DNA from: a virus
Taxonomy: Duplodnaviria > Caudoviricetes
Length of the DNA stretch: 42,932 nt
Virus record (IMG/VR): IMGVR_UViG_3300005573_000021
Span: 1-42,932 of that record
Direction: 5' to 3' (one strand)
Shown: in pieces, positions 26,942 to 36,373 of the stretch
How positions within the stretch are numbered: the stretch's first letter is position 1
Layout of the letters: each line of letters starts with the position of its first letter
Notes under the pieces: model-generated
Told to the model about the DNA's origin: nothing
Databases searched by the model: none
The model's input: the letters and a program-made list of their open reading frames with translations, nothing else
Made by a program: the position numbers and the translations under genes

Positions 26942-29557
26942 CTAAGCCACCTCATCATCAGCATCGGCGAATGGGTCATCTAGTAGACTAGAGTCTACAG
27001 GTGACGCAATTGACGCATTTAGGCTATTTTTCTGAACTTCCTCATGATTAACCCTTTCATGGGGGTAAGTTCTGAAAAATACGTTATTTGCGTCAATTGC
27101 GTCAAGAGGTAAATTATCAACTCTAGATTTCAAAGTTAATCCATATATAATCCTAACTCCTGACATACCTCTATCAGATTCTAACCCATCTCTTTGGGTT
27201 AAACTGCGACTAAACCAATTGCACTGCTTGAATGCCGGACGGCGCTTGTTGTTTTCACACCAGTTTTGATATGCATCCCATAGGTCTCCTACCGGAATCA
27301 TGACTCGATAGTCGCTGATGCATTCTGAATCAATAAACTCTGCAAGAGGGTCTTGCGCATCAAATAATTTGTTCACTTCGTTGCGCACGGTGTCAGGCAC
27401 TTTCAGACCATCACGCTGCCATTCAAGACAGCCTTGCACTGCCCAAGCGAGTATTCCTGATGCCTCAGCCGCGAGCTTCGCGCCTATCTGATCATCTTTT
27501 ACAGGCTGCTTGCCGTCGTCAGGATCATAGAATCTTTGGCGAAATGGGATTATTTTAATACGGCGCTTCATTGCGAAGCTTTGAGATCGCATACGCGGCA
27601 CGTCGTTGGTTGCGAAGAGCACTTTGTAGGTCGGGATATAGGTAAAATAGTCGCGGTATTTGAAGCAGCAGGTAATTGGGTCGCGCCCGGTTACACGCTT
27701 GAGCAACGGTTCATTGAATGCTTGCTCTTCACTGGCTTCCGAGGCTGTAACAACACGTGCACCCACGAGGTCGGCAATATCAGCAGTGCTGGTATCGTTA
27801 CGTTCCACAAATGTGGTTACCGCGGTATTTTTTACATAGTCACCGAGGATATCGCGAATAATTTCAATGAACTTCGATTTGCCGCATTGCCCCTTGCCGA
27901 GTAGGATGAATACGGACTCCTCTCGGGTGTCACCAGTGAGGCAGTAGCCAATCATTCGACGCACGAATGCAATGAGTTCCTGGTCATCAAGGAATACTTC
28001 GTTGAGAAATTGAATCCAGCGCGGGCATTGCGCATCAGGGATATAATCCACACGGCATATCTGGGATAGCAGGTCAGATTGTTTGTGTTCTCTCAGTTCG
28101 CCCGTGCGAAGGTCTACGGTGCCATTCTGGCAATTAAGTAACCAGGGGTCTGAGTCGAGATCGCGCGATTTGACAGGCACCCCGGGGAGTGAGCGAGCAA
28201 ATTTAATCTGTGCTTCAAGCCGTGGTCGCGATTCGGATTTGATTATATGGTTGAGCAATTTTTTTGCTTTGTCCGGATCCTCGGCACCGACATCTTTAAG
28301 GAGTTCATACAGGCTGCGAACGCTATTGCATGCAAGCCGTTCAATGTGCCCCGTTTCGTCCACCTGCCAGAGCATGCCTGTCCAGTAGAGCCACAGACCG
28401 CGGTCAACGTTGAAATGGAGATCATGGCCGTATAGGTCGATCATATACTCGGCGTTGCCGAGATCGGTCAAGTGCTTGAGGGTGGGTGAGAAATTATCTT
28501 CGATAATCTCACCAGTAGCAGTGTCTAATGTAGTTGATGTGGTGACACTTTTGGATTTGCATTTACTACTTTTACCTGTAGCGATATAAACATTTTTGCA
28601 GTCGGAAATTGCTCGCGCTATAGTGTTTGATCCGTATGTTCCTCCGGGGCGGGATTCATTCCATTTGCTACGCATAAGACCGGATTCCCGGAATAGGCGG
28701 TCCATCTGTTCTGCATTGCGAGCAGTCCAAAATGCGAGTATTTTGCATAGTTTATAGTCAGCTGCACTATGATCGTTGTTGTAATCGCCGGTGTCACCGT
28801 TCCAAAGTCGTTTGAAATTATCGCCGTTGCTGGCTGCGCAGGCACGAGATATAATATCGGAATCAGATAATGCGCCTGCGGCGCTGGATGTATTGCCAGA
28901 GGCACCGGGATTGATATCTGATGCGCTTCTACGCCCGCTTTTTGAGGACTGACGAGGTTCTGGTTGCTCATCGCCAAAAAGTTCGTGATACAGCGCAGCT
29001 ATCTCGTTGGGAGCCGGCTGAATTGCGCCACAGGTGTTAGGAACCAGATTGCCGGTCATCACGAGGAATCGGCGGTTATCGTATAATTCGATATTTGGAT
29101 GCTTTGCTATGCGGCAACGGGCACCGGGTTTAGATGCGTTGGCGAGGATATGGATACCTGTGCCGGATTGACTGAATTCAGCGTAGCTATCGATCTGGTT
29201 TAGAATAGCACGTGCCCACTGTTCTATTTCTCCCGTGGATGTGTTTACACAATGATCGAGATCGATGCCGGTGTAAGGGTCATCAGGAGATACGATATAT
29301 CCGATTCCGGCGAACCGTTGCGGATGCATCTGCCAGGCGCGAATACAGGCATCGAACGTATTCCATGTGAGAGGGTCGTTCGATGCGGCGCGAGCTCCGC
29401 CATTTGCCTGACGAGGCATTTTGATGAGACGGTTATCCTCACCCGGTTCGAGCGAGTAGACAACCCACTGGCGGCGCTGCCGCAGTTCGGCTGGTATGTT
29501 CTGCAGGTCTGTTATTCTTGATGTTATGTCTGCTTGATTAGATTTATACTCAGGCAT
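26942..29557 (-). CDS. Primase-polymerase/helicase: NrS-1-like prim-pol domain plus D5/P4-type SF3 helicase
   Basis: IPAELR..QWV, GIDLD, YAEFSQSGTGIH, ELYD..RF, DHSAADY, TDLGNAE, LLNCQNGTVDL, Walker A GKGQCGKS, LKRVTGRD. Probable start ATG 29557. Confidence 0.92.
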   Translation of the reverse strand: MPEYKSNQADITSRITDLQNIPAELRQRRQWVVYSLEPGEDNRLIKMPRQANGGARAASNDPLTWNTFDACIRAWQMHPQRFAGIGYIVSPDDPYTGIDLDHCVNTSTGEIEQWARAILNQIDSYAEFSQSGTGIHILANASKPGARCRIAKHPNIELYDNRRFLVMTGNLVPNTCGAIQPAPNEIAALYHELFGDEQPEPRQSSKSGRRSASDINPGASGNTSSAAGALSDSDIISRACAASNGDNFKRLWNGDTGDYNNDHSAADYKLCKILAFWTARNAEQMDRLFRESGLMRSKWNESRPGGTYGSNTIARAISDCKNVYIATGKSSKCKSKSVTTSTTLDTATGEIIEDNFSPTLKHLTDLGNAEYMIDLYGHDLHFNVDRGLWLYWTGMLWQVDETGHIERLACNSVRSLYELLKDVGAEDPDKAKKLLNHIIKSESRPRLEAQIKFARSLPGVPVKSRDLDSDPWLLNCQNGTVDLRTGELREHKQSDLLSQICRVDYIPDAQCPRWIQFLNEVFLDDQELIAFVRRMIGYCLTGDTREESVFILLGKGQCGKSKFIEIIRDILGDYVKNTAVTTFVERNDTSTADIADLVGARVVTASEASEEQAFNEPLLKRVTGRDPITCCFKYRDYFTYIPTYKVLFATNDVPRMRSQSFAMKRRIKIIPFRQRFYDPDDGKQPVKDDQIGAKLAAEASGILAWAVQGCLEWQRDGLKVPDTVRNEVNKLFDAQDPLAEFIDSECISDYRVMIPVGDLWDAYQNWCENNKRRPAFKQCNWFSRSLTQRDGLESDRGMSGVRIIYGLTLKSRVDNLPLDAIDANNVFFRTYPHERVNHEEVQKNSLNASIASPVDSSLLDDPFADADDEVA
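27002..27104. repeat. Long inverted repeat with TGACGCA iterons; candidate replication origin
   Basis: TGACGCAATTGACGCA (27002-27017) is the exact reverse complement of 27089-27104; the AT-rich spacer is itself an imperfect inverted repeat. Confidence 0.65.
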
Positions 29558-29620
29558 CCTGATCCTACTTTTGTTGTGGTAGATGGTCCAGTGATAAATT
29601 GCGAGCAATAAGCTCGACCA

Positions 29621-29806
29621 TTAAAATCTCCCCTGCGGTCTCGGTTTGGCTAGCAGTATCGCCGCTGCCATTTCTTCGTATGCGTCGCCGGTTTTAGGCA
29701 CTTGAATGAACTTGCATCGATCTGAGAAAATGGTAGTATGCCTAATGCGGTATGTAACCGTGGTTTCGGATTCAGATTCAAACTGAATTTGAATCGTGCC
29801 GATCAT
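29621..29806 (-). CDS. Small hypothetical protein
   Basis: TGATG coupling to the RecD2 stop gives a 61-aa ORF (MIGTIQIQF...). Confidence 0.5.
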   Translation of the reverse strand: MIGTIQIQFESESETTVTYRIRHTTIFSDRCKFIQVPKTGDAYEEMAAAILLAKPRPQGRF

Positions 29807-32091
29807 CACACCAACCCCATCCATGTGCGTCGCTCAATAGGCGCTGTAGTGCGCGCTGCGCGCCGCATCCCAATCTTATCGCCTATAAGTATCGCTGTTT
29901 TTCTAGCACGAGTAGCGGCTGTGTAGATCAGGTTCCTGCTGAGCATGTAACTATGCTGCCTATGGATTATTGAAACCACGCAAGGGTATTCGCTGCCCTG
30001 CACTTTATGTATAGTACAGGCATAGGCGAGCACGATGTTTTTCTCCTGGTCACTCCCCACTTCGATGTTCACCCCGGGTTCATCATCGAAGTTTATGGTC
30101 ATAATCGCCTTACTGCCCTGCACTCCCATCCATCTGACAACACCCTGTGTGCCGTTCATCACGCCATTACTGCCCAGCTTGTAATCATTCTTGATCTGCA
30201 TAACCTTGTCGCCGACATAAAAGCGCGTATGCGTCTCTTTATCTGTGGGCACTTCGGGCAGTTGTTTATTAAACTTGCGTAGCTGCCAAATGCGCTGCAG
30301 TTCGGCGTTGATCCTATTCACCCCGAGCTTGCCTTTGTTGTAGGGAGTGATGATCTGACACTCACTTATAGGATCAAAACCCCAGGATTCGAGCTTCCCG
30401 GAGTAAAGCATGCGTAGCGACTCGATAACCTTTTCTGTATCCTCAAGATTATCTATAAGCCGCCATTCGCGCCCGCCTGCGGGAAGCACAGTTGTTGATG
30501 GTTTTATCTCACCTGCGAGTATCGCATTGCAGTTGAGTTTGAGTTCACCAGCAGCGCGGATGCATTCCGTGAGGATGTGATCGGGCAAGATGTTATGTGC
30601 AAGCACATCGCGAAGGACATTACCCGCGCCAATAGGTGGGAGTTGGTTGTGGTCGCCCACGAGTAATACCTGAGTGCGCTGCAGGTCGATAGCGGAGAAT
30701 AGATGCCATAGGAGATTGATGTCACACATAGAGACTTCATCGACTATGATGAGATCATCGGGAAGCTTACAACTTTTGCCGTAGGCAAATTCCCCGGAGA
30801 CCGGATCATATTCAAGAAGCTTGTGTATTGTCGATGCGAAAGCTCCCTGCGCTAGCGAGCTCATACGCTTCGCGGCCTTACCCGTGGGAGCGCACATAGC
30901 GACCGACTTACCCCAGTCGGTGAACAACCTATATATCGTGGCTATCGTAAAACTTTTGCCTGTGCCGGCACCTCCAGACATAACTGATATTCGTGAGTTT
31001 ACAGCCATTTTTATGCTGCGCATCTGATCAGTGTTTGGTGTGGCGAAGCCATGATTCGTGATGAGGTTTTCGATAGCATTGCCGAGGCAAAATGAACACA
31101 CCTGCTGTGGTTTTTGATCTACACTTTGTGTAAACCAGTTGAGTAATTCAATCTCTCGATTGTAAATACTACGCAGAGCGATGAGATGGTTACTGTCGTA
31201 TTCAATATCTACAAGCCGAGGTAGTGTATCGCCATCTAAATCTGCTTCGCAGAGTGTTGCCAGTTGATCGCGAATCAACTGTTCAGCAGATAACGTGTCG
31301 AATGCGAGCTTAGCAACCGCCTGTTTTACTAATTGCTTGCGATCAATCCAGGTGTGCCCACCCTCGTCTGATTCTGATTTAACGAGATCGATCAGGCACG
31401 CTCGTATTCTGCCAGGATGGTCCTTGGGCATGCCCATTTTTATGGCGATCTCATCAGTGCGAGCAAATCCATAGCCGTGTAGTTCATCAGCAAGCACATA
31501 CGGGTTTTCTTCAAGAACCTGCTTTGCTTGATTTCCATATCGCTCCGCGATCTTCTTAATCTGGCAGTGCGTGAGCCCGAACGAAGCTAACCATGTAGCT
31601 ATCGCATTTACGTCCGCCCGGGCTATCCATTCGCTTCGCAGAATATCGATCTGGTTATCAGTGAGTTTAGCTGCTGCCTGAACTATGTGCGGAGTCTCGC
31701 GTATCGCCTGGTCGAATCGATCTCTGAATGCATCAGAGATCGCCTGCGCCTTAGCCGGTCCTATTCCACGAAAAGCGGGGTTATGAGCTAGATAATCAGC
31801 CAGCCCCGCAGCACTCATATCCGGCATAGGATAGTTTATCGAAGACGCCTTGAATTGCGAACCGAACTTCGGGTGATTTGTCCACGAGCCGTGCAGGGTG
31901 ATTCTCTCGCCCAACTCAATGCGAGCGTCAACAGAGAACCGAACATCGTTATCAATATAAAACTGACCATTACTCTCGGCCGACAATATTCCAGCCGACC
32001 AGTTTTCAGTTGATCTATATATATGAATCACCTTGCCGGTGATTTCGCTTTCCTGCGCGTTGGCGCGCTCTTCAAATTGTATTGCTACCAT
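29806..32091 (-). CDS. recD2: RecD2-like SF1B helicase
   Basis: HPKFG.QF, GIGPAKA HhH, ENPY, GGAGTGKS, APTGKAAKR, VDEVSM, VGDHNQL, LAYACTIHKVQGSEY, RNLIYTAATRAR. Confidence 0.93.
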   Translation of the reverse strand: MVAIQFEERANAQESEITGKVIHIYRSTENWSAGILSAESNGQFYIDNDVRFSVDARIELGERITLHGSWTNHPKFGSQFKASSINYPMPDMSAAGLADYLAHNPAFRGIGPAKAQAISDAFRDRFDQAIRETPHIVQAAAKLTDNQIDILRSEWIARADVNAIATWLASFGLTHCQIKKIAERYGNQAKQVLEENPYVLADELHGYGFARTDEIAIKMGMPKDHPGRIRACLIDLVKSESDEGGHTWIDRKQLVKQAVAKLAFDTLSAEQLIRDQLATLCEADLDGDTLPRLVDIEYDSNHLIALRSIYNREIELLNWFTQSVDQKPQQVCSFCLGNAIENLITNHGFATPNTDQMRSIKMAVNSRISVMSGGAGTGKSFTIATIYRLFTDWGKSVAMCAPTGKAAKRMSSLAQGAFASTIHKLLEYDPVSGEFAYGKSCKLPDDLIIVDEVSMCDINLLWHLFSAIDLQRTQVLLVGDHNQLPPIGAGNVLRDVLAHNILPDHILTECIRAAGELKLNCNAILAGEIKPSTTVLPAGGREWRLIDNLEDTEKVIESLRMLYSGKLESWGFDPISECQIITPYNKGKLGVNRINAELQRIWQLRKFNKQLPEVPTDKETHTRFYVGDKVMQIKNDYKLGSNGVMNGTQGVVRWMGVQGSKAIMTINFDDEPGVNIEVGSDQEKNIVLAYACTIHKVQGSEYPCVVSIIHRQHSYMLSRNLIYTAATRARKTAILIGDKIGMRRAARTTAPIERRTWMGLV

Positions 32092-32111
32092 ATCAATCCC
32101 TCTTTATTGAT

Positions 32112-32351
32112 TCACCAGTCACAGTCACATGGAGGACGCCATTCCCCCTCGACAATAGCCTTGCACATTTTGCATAGGCGATCAGACGGAACGTCAGTGC
32201 CCGTAGATATCATTTTGTATCGATATTCTTCGCACACGATTTCCCCTGGTATTGGAGTCTCTTCGACTGTTACAAATACTCGCGGACGACGTTTGTGACT
32301 GCACCATGCGCCATGCCAATATGCTCTTTTAATGTGAAGCTTTTTCGCCAT
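32112..32351 (-). CDS. Small Cys-rich hypothetical protein
   Basis: Start reassigned to ATG 32351 (MAKKLHIK); CKMC and CDC motifs. Confidence 0.55.
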   Translation of the reverse strand: MAKKLHIKRAYWHGAWCSHKRRPRVFVTVEETPIPGEIVCEEYRYKMISTGTDVPSDRLCKMCKAIVEGEWRPPCDCDW

Positions 32352-32757
32352 ATCGTTCCCCCGCAAGCGAAAGCATCTTATCCACCAGCGCGAATGCATG
32401 CGGTCTATCCCCAGCGAACACCACATGAACAGGATGAAATGCCTGCATTATCCCAACCGTGATACCTAGTAGGGCATCCGGTTTTATCTCTGATTTGTAA
32501 TCGCCTGCGAGTATATCGCTAAGCGACGCTTCAATGACCACCGCGGCGAAGTCATAAGCACGCAGCGCGTTAAGTTCAGCCTTGAATCGGTCTTTGGAGT
32601 AGAGCACGGTATTCACCCAGTCCTGAAGGCTCTTGCGTTCAATCGCCACACGATTTTCAAGCCCTTCGATTGAGTAATCGCCTGCGGGCAGTTTGCGCCT
32701 GATTGAGTTATCAAACGCATAAGGTCGCTGTTCGCGAGTATCGACTATGATTCTCAC
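32329..32757 (-). CDS. ERCC4/XPF-family nuclease (putative resolvase)
   Basis: IIVDTREQ, GDYS and AIERKS signature. Confidence 0.92.
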   Translation of the reverse strand: MRIIVDTREQRPYAFDNSIRRKLPAGDYSIEGLENRVAIERKSLQDWVNTVLYSKDRFKAELNALRAYDFAAVVIEASLSDILAGDYKSEIKPDALLGITVGIMQAFHPVHVVFAGDRPHAFALVDKMLSLAGERYGEKASH

Positions 32758-33017
32758 TGCCTACCTCGTATTTCAACCGGTCGGGCGCACCGGTTTTCCT
32801 GATCCCACACCTCAATCCAGATATCGATAATGCCGGGTTTATTAGTTTTTGTATCCATCATGACTTTTAGCATCATCTCGGGTGTGATTTTCACGAAAGC
32901 ACCAGTAAACTCGTGTGCTCTCGCATTTTTGCCTGCAAGCCGAAGTCGATAGGGTTTGTTGCATTCAAGCTCTACCACACCAAACATATCGCTTATTGAG
33001 TTCATCCTGGACCTCAC
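32754..33017 (-). CDS. Hypothetical protein
   Basis: 87 aa; its stop overlaps the ERCC4 start; start codon uncertain. Confidence 0.5.
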   Translation of the reverse strand: MRSRMNSISDMFGVVELECNKPYRLRLAGKNARAHEFTGAFVKITPEMMLKVMMDTKTNKPGIIDIWIEVWDQENRCARPVEIRGRQ

Positions 33018-33084
33018 GCGCTGCGCGCATTATCTGTTACTAAGTGCTTAACGAGTTTTGCTATATTGCTACTTTGCTATGCAT

Positions 33085-33321
33085 CTATGCTGCTTTGATA
33101 ATTGGGTATTTTGATTCGTTGCCATGCGCCTCAGCATAACGCAATCGCTCAGCCTCATCATGTTTGATCTGCTCAAGTGTTGTGCGTTTTGCTCTGCATC
33201 CGAAAGGCTCCATCTCTTGAGCTTTTCGAGGGTTTAGGAACACATCGCAACCGATAGCTGTTTTCATCAGACATCCGCCGCAATCACGTGGGTAAATTGA
33301 ACGCTTTCCCATATCATTCAT
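33085..33321 (-). CDS. Small Cys-containing hypothetical protein
   Basis: 78 aa, CGGC..C..C pattern, AAGGAG RBS. Confidence 0.55.
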   Translation of the reverse strand: MNDMGKRSIYPRDCGGCLMKTAIGCDVFLNPRKAQEMEPFGCRAKRTTLEQIKHDEAERLRYAEAHGNESKYPIIKAA

Positions 33322-33359
33322 CTCCTTCGAAAATGTTCACCAGCTCGACTGTTAAGGGT

Positions 33360-33406
33360 AAAAATGGAGCCAGCAGGGAGAGAAATATGTTTACTGCCTG
33401 CTGGCT
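33360..33406 (-). terminator. Terminator-like hairpin within the early operon
   Basis: 10-bp stem AGCCAGCAGG/CCTGCTGGCT with a large loop, then CCATTTTT on the minus strand. Confidence 0.45.
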
Positions 33407-33418
33407 ATTGGTTACTTG

Positions 33419-34954
33419 TTAATCGTCACTGAATGGGTCTGGTAGATTGAGGTCAGATGAGAATATCGATGCGCCATTGGGCGCACGCTCGTAGAGGTCA
33501 TCAATCACTTCGTGTGAGATGGGTCCGTGAGTGGTGATGATATCAGTTTCATTAATCTCAACAACTACCGTGGATTCAGGCAATCCGTCAGGCGGTTCAA
33601 GGCCGGGGGATATTTGTATAGCATCTCCGTTAGATAGCATCGCAGACAATGAGTCCGCAGGAGTTGTATCGTCAACTTCAAGCGTGTGCTCTTCTAACGT
33701 CTCTGTGGGTTCATCTTCCGCAGAGACGTTAGTTGCTTGCTCTTTAGGTCCACGGCAGAGCATTTGATACTCGTTATCGAGCTCATCCCAATTGATAGTG
33801 ATTGATGTCCCGTTGTCATCGAGTGTAGCTGCCTCGTAACCATCACCATCAAGCCGTTTATTTCGATACATAACGTTGTATACAGACCCGTCCTGTATTT
33901 TTTTGAGCCTATCGCCCATGCGCACTGTATCCTCGCAGAGATACAATCTGTAGGAATCATCGAGCGAGGAGAACATCACAGGACCCTTTCCTGGCACGAT
34001 AATGCGCCCGCGGTCGTGTTCGACGCTTTGCACGGCTATAGGTTTTACATCCATTCCCGGCAGTCGTTTCGATTCGATCTTAATGAATAGGTCACCAGGT
34101 TCGATAAGTGAACTTAATGCAGGCAATTCACCAGTGAACACATCTGAGGTCGCGCTTGTGGCGGGTGGGGTAATTGCTTGCGCAGGCTCAGGTATGGGAT
34201 CTTCTATGGGTGTAGATTCCTGCTCTATTGTTGGCTCTGCTTTCGGTTCAGATATAGGTTCTGATTGCGCTTCCGGTTCCTGCGTAAGCTCTGATACTGA
34301 TTCTGAGTTATCCTGATTATCGCCCGCGATAACCCATGCTGTCTTCTTTGCGTAAGCATCGAGGTCAGCCTGTGCCTCTGCTCGCGTTTTCCGCTGCGGT
34401 GTCTCGGGAGATTTGAAACTATGTTCGCCAGTCTCACCGCGTTTACGCCAATAAGCTTTCCACAGTTGACCACGGGTTAGCCCGTCGCTGACGAATATCT
34501 CACGATCACTGGCTGCATCATAGTAGATGTTACCTGCAGGGGTCGAATCCTGCGAATCCGATAGTTCCTGTGATTGCCCGGTTTCATCTACCTGTTCACA
34601 TTCCTCTGCTTGTTCTCGGTCCTGTTCGGGTTCATTCGAGATCATTGTGATGCCGACCACACCGCCATCCATCTCGCGCAATCTGCCTAAGTCGTTTGCA
34701 ATCTCTGTCGTAGGCAGCTCTTCAGAAGGACGCATAACCGGCTGCGCAGACTCCTCATTAGTATCCTCGTCAGGCTCAGATAAAACAATGATGTCATCCG
34801 ATGTGGCATCCGTTTCGATGGGTCTACCCAGATTTTGCAGTCGCGCGTGAATGATCTCTTCGACTCCCGGATTCAATCCCTCGGAATTATTTATAGTGAC
34901 CTCGATATCGAGAGTGGTGACCACTGGGACATGAACTTTGTATTTGATGCTCAC
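33419..34954 (-). CDS. Highly acidic modular hypothetical protein
   Basis: 511 aa; short globular-looking segments separated by E/D/P/Q-rich linkers; AAAGGAG RBS; ends PDPFSDD. Confidence 0.75.
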   Translation of the reverse strand: MSIKYKVHVPVVTTLDIEVTINNSEGLNPGVEEIIHARLQNLGRPIETDATSDDIIVLSEPDEDTNEESAQPVMRPSEELPTTEIANDLGRLREMDGGVVGITMISNEPEQDREQAEECEQVDETGQSQELSDSQDSTPAGNIYYDAASDREIFVSDGLTRGQLWKAYWRKRGETGEHSFKSPETPQRKTRAEAQADLDAYAKKTAWVIAGDNQDNSESVSELTQEPEAQSEPISEPKAEPTIEQESTPIEDPIPEPAQAITPPATSATSDVFTGELPALSSLIEPGDLFIKIESKRLPGMDVKPIAVQSVEHDRGRIIVPGKGPVMFSSLDDSYRLYLCEDTVRMGDRLKKIQDGSVYNVMYRNKRLDGDGYEAATLDDNGTSITINWDELDNEYQMLCRGPKEQATNVSAEDEPTETLEEHTLEVDDTTPADSLSAMLSNGDAIQISPGLEPPDGLPESTVVVEINETDIITTHGPISHEVIDDLYERAPNGASIFSSDLNLPDPFSDD

Positions 34955-35057
34955 TTTCGTTTATCTCCTTTCAGGTGTTTACATGCCGGCAGCCGACACT
35001 ACCGGCATATCTCCGCTTCGCTTACTCGTTTACTTGCTGTCGCCTATTCGCTATTTG

Positions 35058-35600
35058 TTACTCATCCGCAAACGGATCGAATGGAGCATCGCTAACCTCT
35101 GTGCTTGCCGTGCTCGTGGCACCTGAAGTACTTGCATTTGTGCTTGCACCCTCTTTTTCGCGCTTGAAATAGGTATTCTGTCGATCTTGGCCTTTGTTAT
35201 CTTTCTTCGTTTTTGCCGATACGGCAATGGGCTTATCGAGCAGTGAAGAGAGCTGATCCTTTAAGAAAGCTCCCAACCGGAACCGCTCATGTTCCACCTT
35301 AACACCGACTGCCTTAAGATCAGCTTTGAGCATGCCGAGCATCGTTTTCGCCTTCTCTGGATCAGTGTCCTGAACAGGAATACTGTTCGTGTGGAAAAGG
35401 AACCGCCCGGCAAACTCCTCTGGCGAAGACACTTTCAACTTCCAGTTGAGCCACATTGTGCCGCGCTCTTCGCTCTGCTTGATCTCTACCTCATCGACCA
35501 TACATTCATAGTCTCCGTCCGGTAGAGAACCACCGCCAGTCATTTCCTCCGCTTCAGCGAACGGGTCATCTAGATAATTGAGATTAGGTAATGCCACCAT
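35058..35600 (-). CDS. Phage single-stranded DNA-binding protein (DUF669-like)
   Basis: LPDGDYECMV..VEIK, low-complexity linker and acidic tail PFDPFADE; directly follows the Sak4-like gene. Confidence 0.8.
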   Translation of the reverse strand: MVALPNLNYLDDPFAEAEEMTGGGSLPDGDYECMVDEVEIKQSEERGTMWLNWKLKVSSPEEFAGRFLFHTNSIPVQDTDPEKAKTMLGMLKADLKAVGVKVEHERFRLGAFLKDQLSSLLDKPIAVSAKTKKDNKGQDRQNTYFKREKEGASTNASTSGATSTASTEVSDAPFDPFADE

Positions 35601-36371
35601 TTATTTCGAGCCTCCTTTAAGTGTGGATGTATCCACGATAGTTGTGCTAATTTGCTTGGGCTTGCGCTCTGCGAGCGCCTTGACGAAAGCGTTATAATCG
35701 AGAGGTAATGGGTCGGGTATTTCGAATTGACTGCGGTTTCCGCAGTCATACATTGTCGTGGGTTGGCAGTGCAGAACACGCTGCGAGCCGATTATGTGGT
35801 TATCCTCATCGAGAACGTCTTCGACATCAGCATATAAATAGAAATCGACCAGGTTGGTGACCACTTCGAGAACCTTACCGGATAAGGTAGGCGCTATTTT
35901 GGGCATTTTGCCCGTGCGCGTTTTGACCTCTTTCTCTTTGCTGTGCGAGATCATCAACAACCCATAAGGGAGCATTGCAAGATATGTAAGCGCCCGATGC
36001 AACCGTGTGGTGATGGTATCCCAGCCCTTACCGTATCCGAGATCGGATGGATGCTCAATACCGAGTTTTCGCACAGTGTGGTCTTGGCAGAACGCTGCCA
36101 GGTTGTCTATTGTGTCTATAACCACAGTTTTGAAATTGTGTTTGCCAGCAGCAAGCAATTTGCAAATTTCGAGAAAATCAGACCAGCTACCGCATGGTGT
36201 CTGGTAAACCTTGAGATGGTTTAGACCCGGTTCGGTAGCTATGAATAATGTGTTCTCAGCATGCGAGCAGAATGTTGATTTACCGATCTTGGGTGGTCCA
36301 TAAATGAGTGTAGTGAACTCTGTTATGGATGTTTTCGGCTCACTTATCTGTGTAGGCAACTGGATCGGCAT
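35601..36371 (-). CDS. AAA_24/Sak4-like ATPase (recombinase)
   Basis: LIYGPPKIGKST, TVVIDTID, GYGKGW and MISHS motifs. Confidence 0.88.
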   Translation of the reverse strand: MPIQLPTQISEPKTSITEFTTLIYGPPKIGKSTFCSHAENTLFIATEPGLNHLKVYQTPCGSWSDFLEICKLLAAGKHNFKTVVIDTIDNLAAFCQDHTVRKLGIEHPSDLGYGKGWDTITTRLHRALTYLAMLPYGLLMISHSKEKEVKTRTGKMPKIAPTLSGKVLEVVTNLVDFYLYADVEDVLDEDNHIIGSQRVLHCQPTTMYDCGNRSQFEIPDPLPLDYNAFVKALAERKPKQISTTIVDTSTLKGGSK

Positions 36372-36373
36372 GT

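Noticed and set aside
34983-35008. Hairpin between the SSB and the acidic protein as a terminator or ncRNA
   Set aside because: No U-tract on the strand where it folds and no promoter found; at most an mRNA stability element
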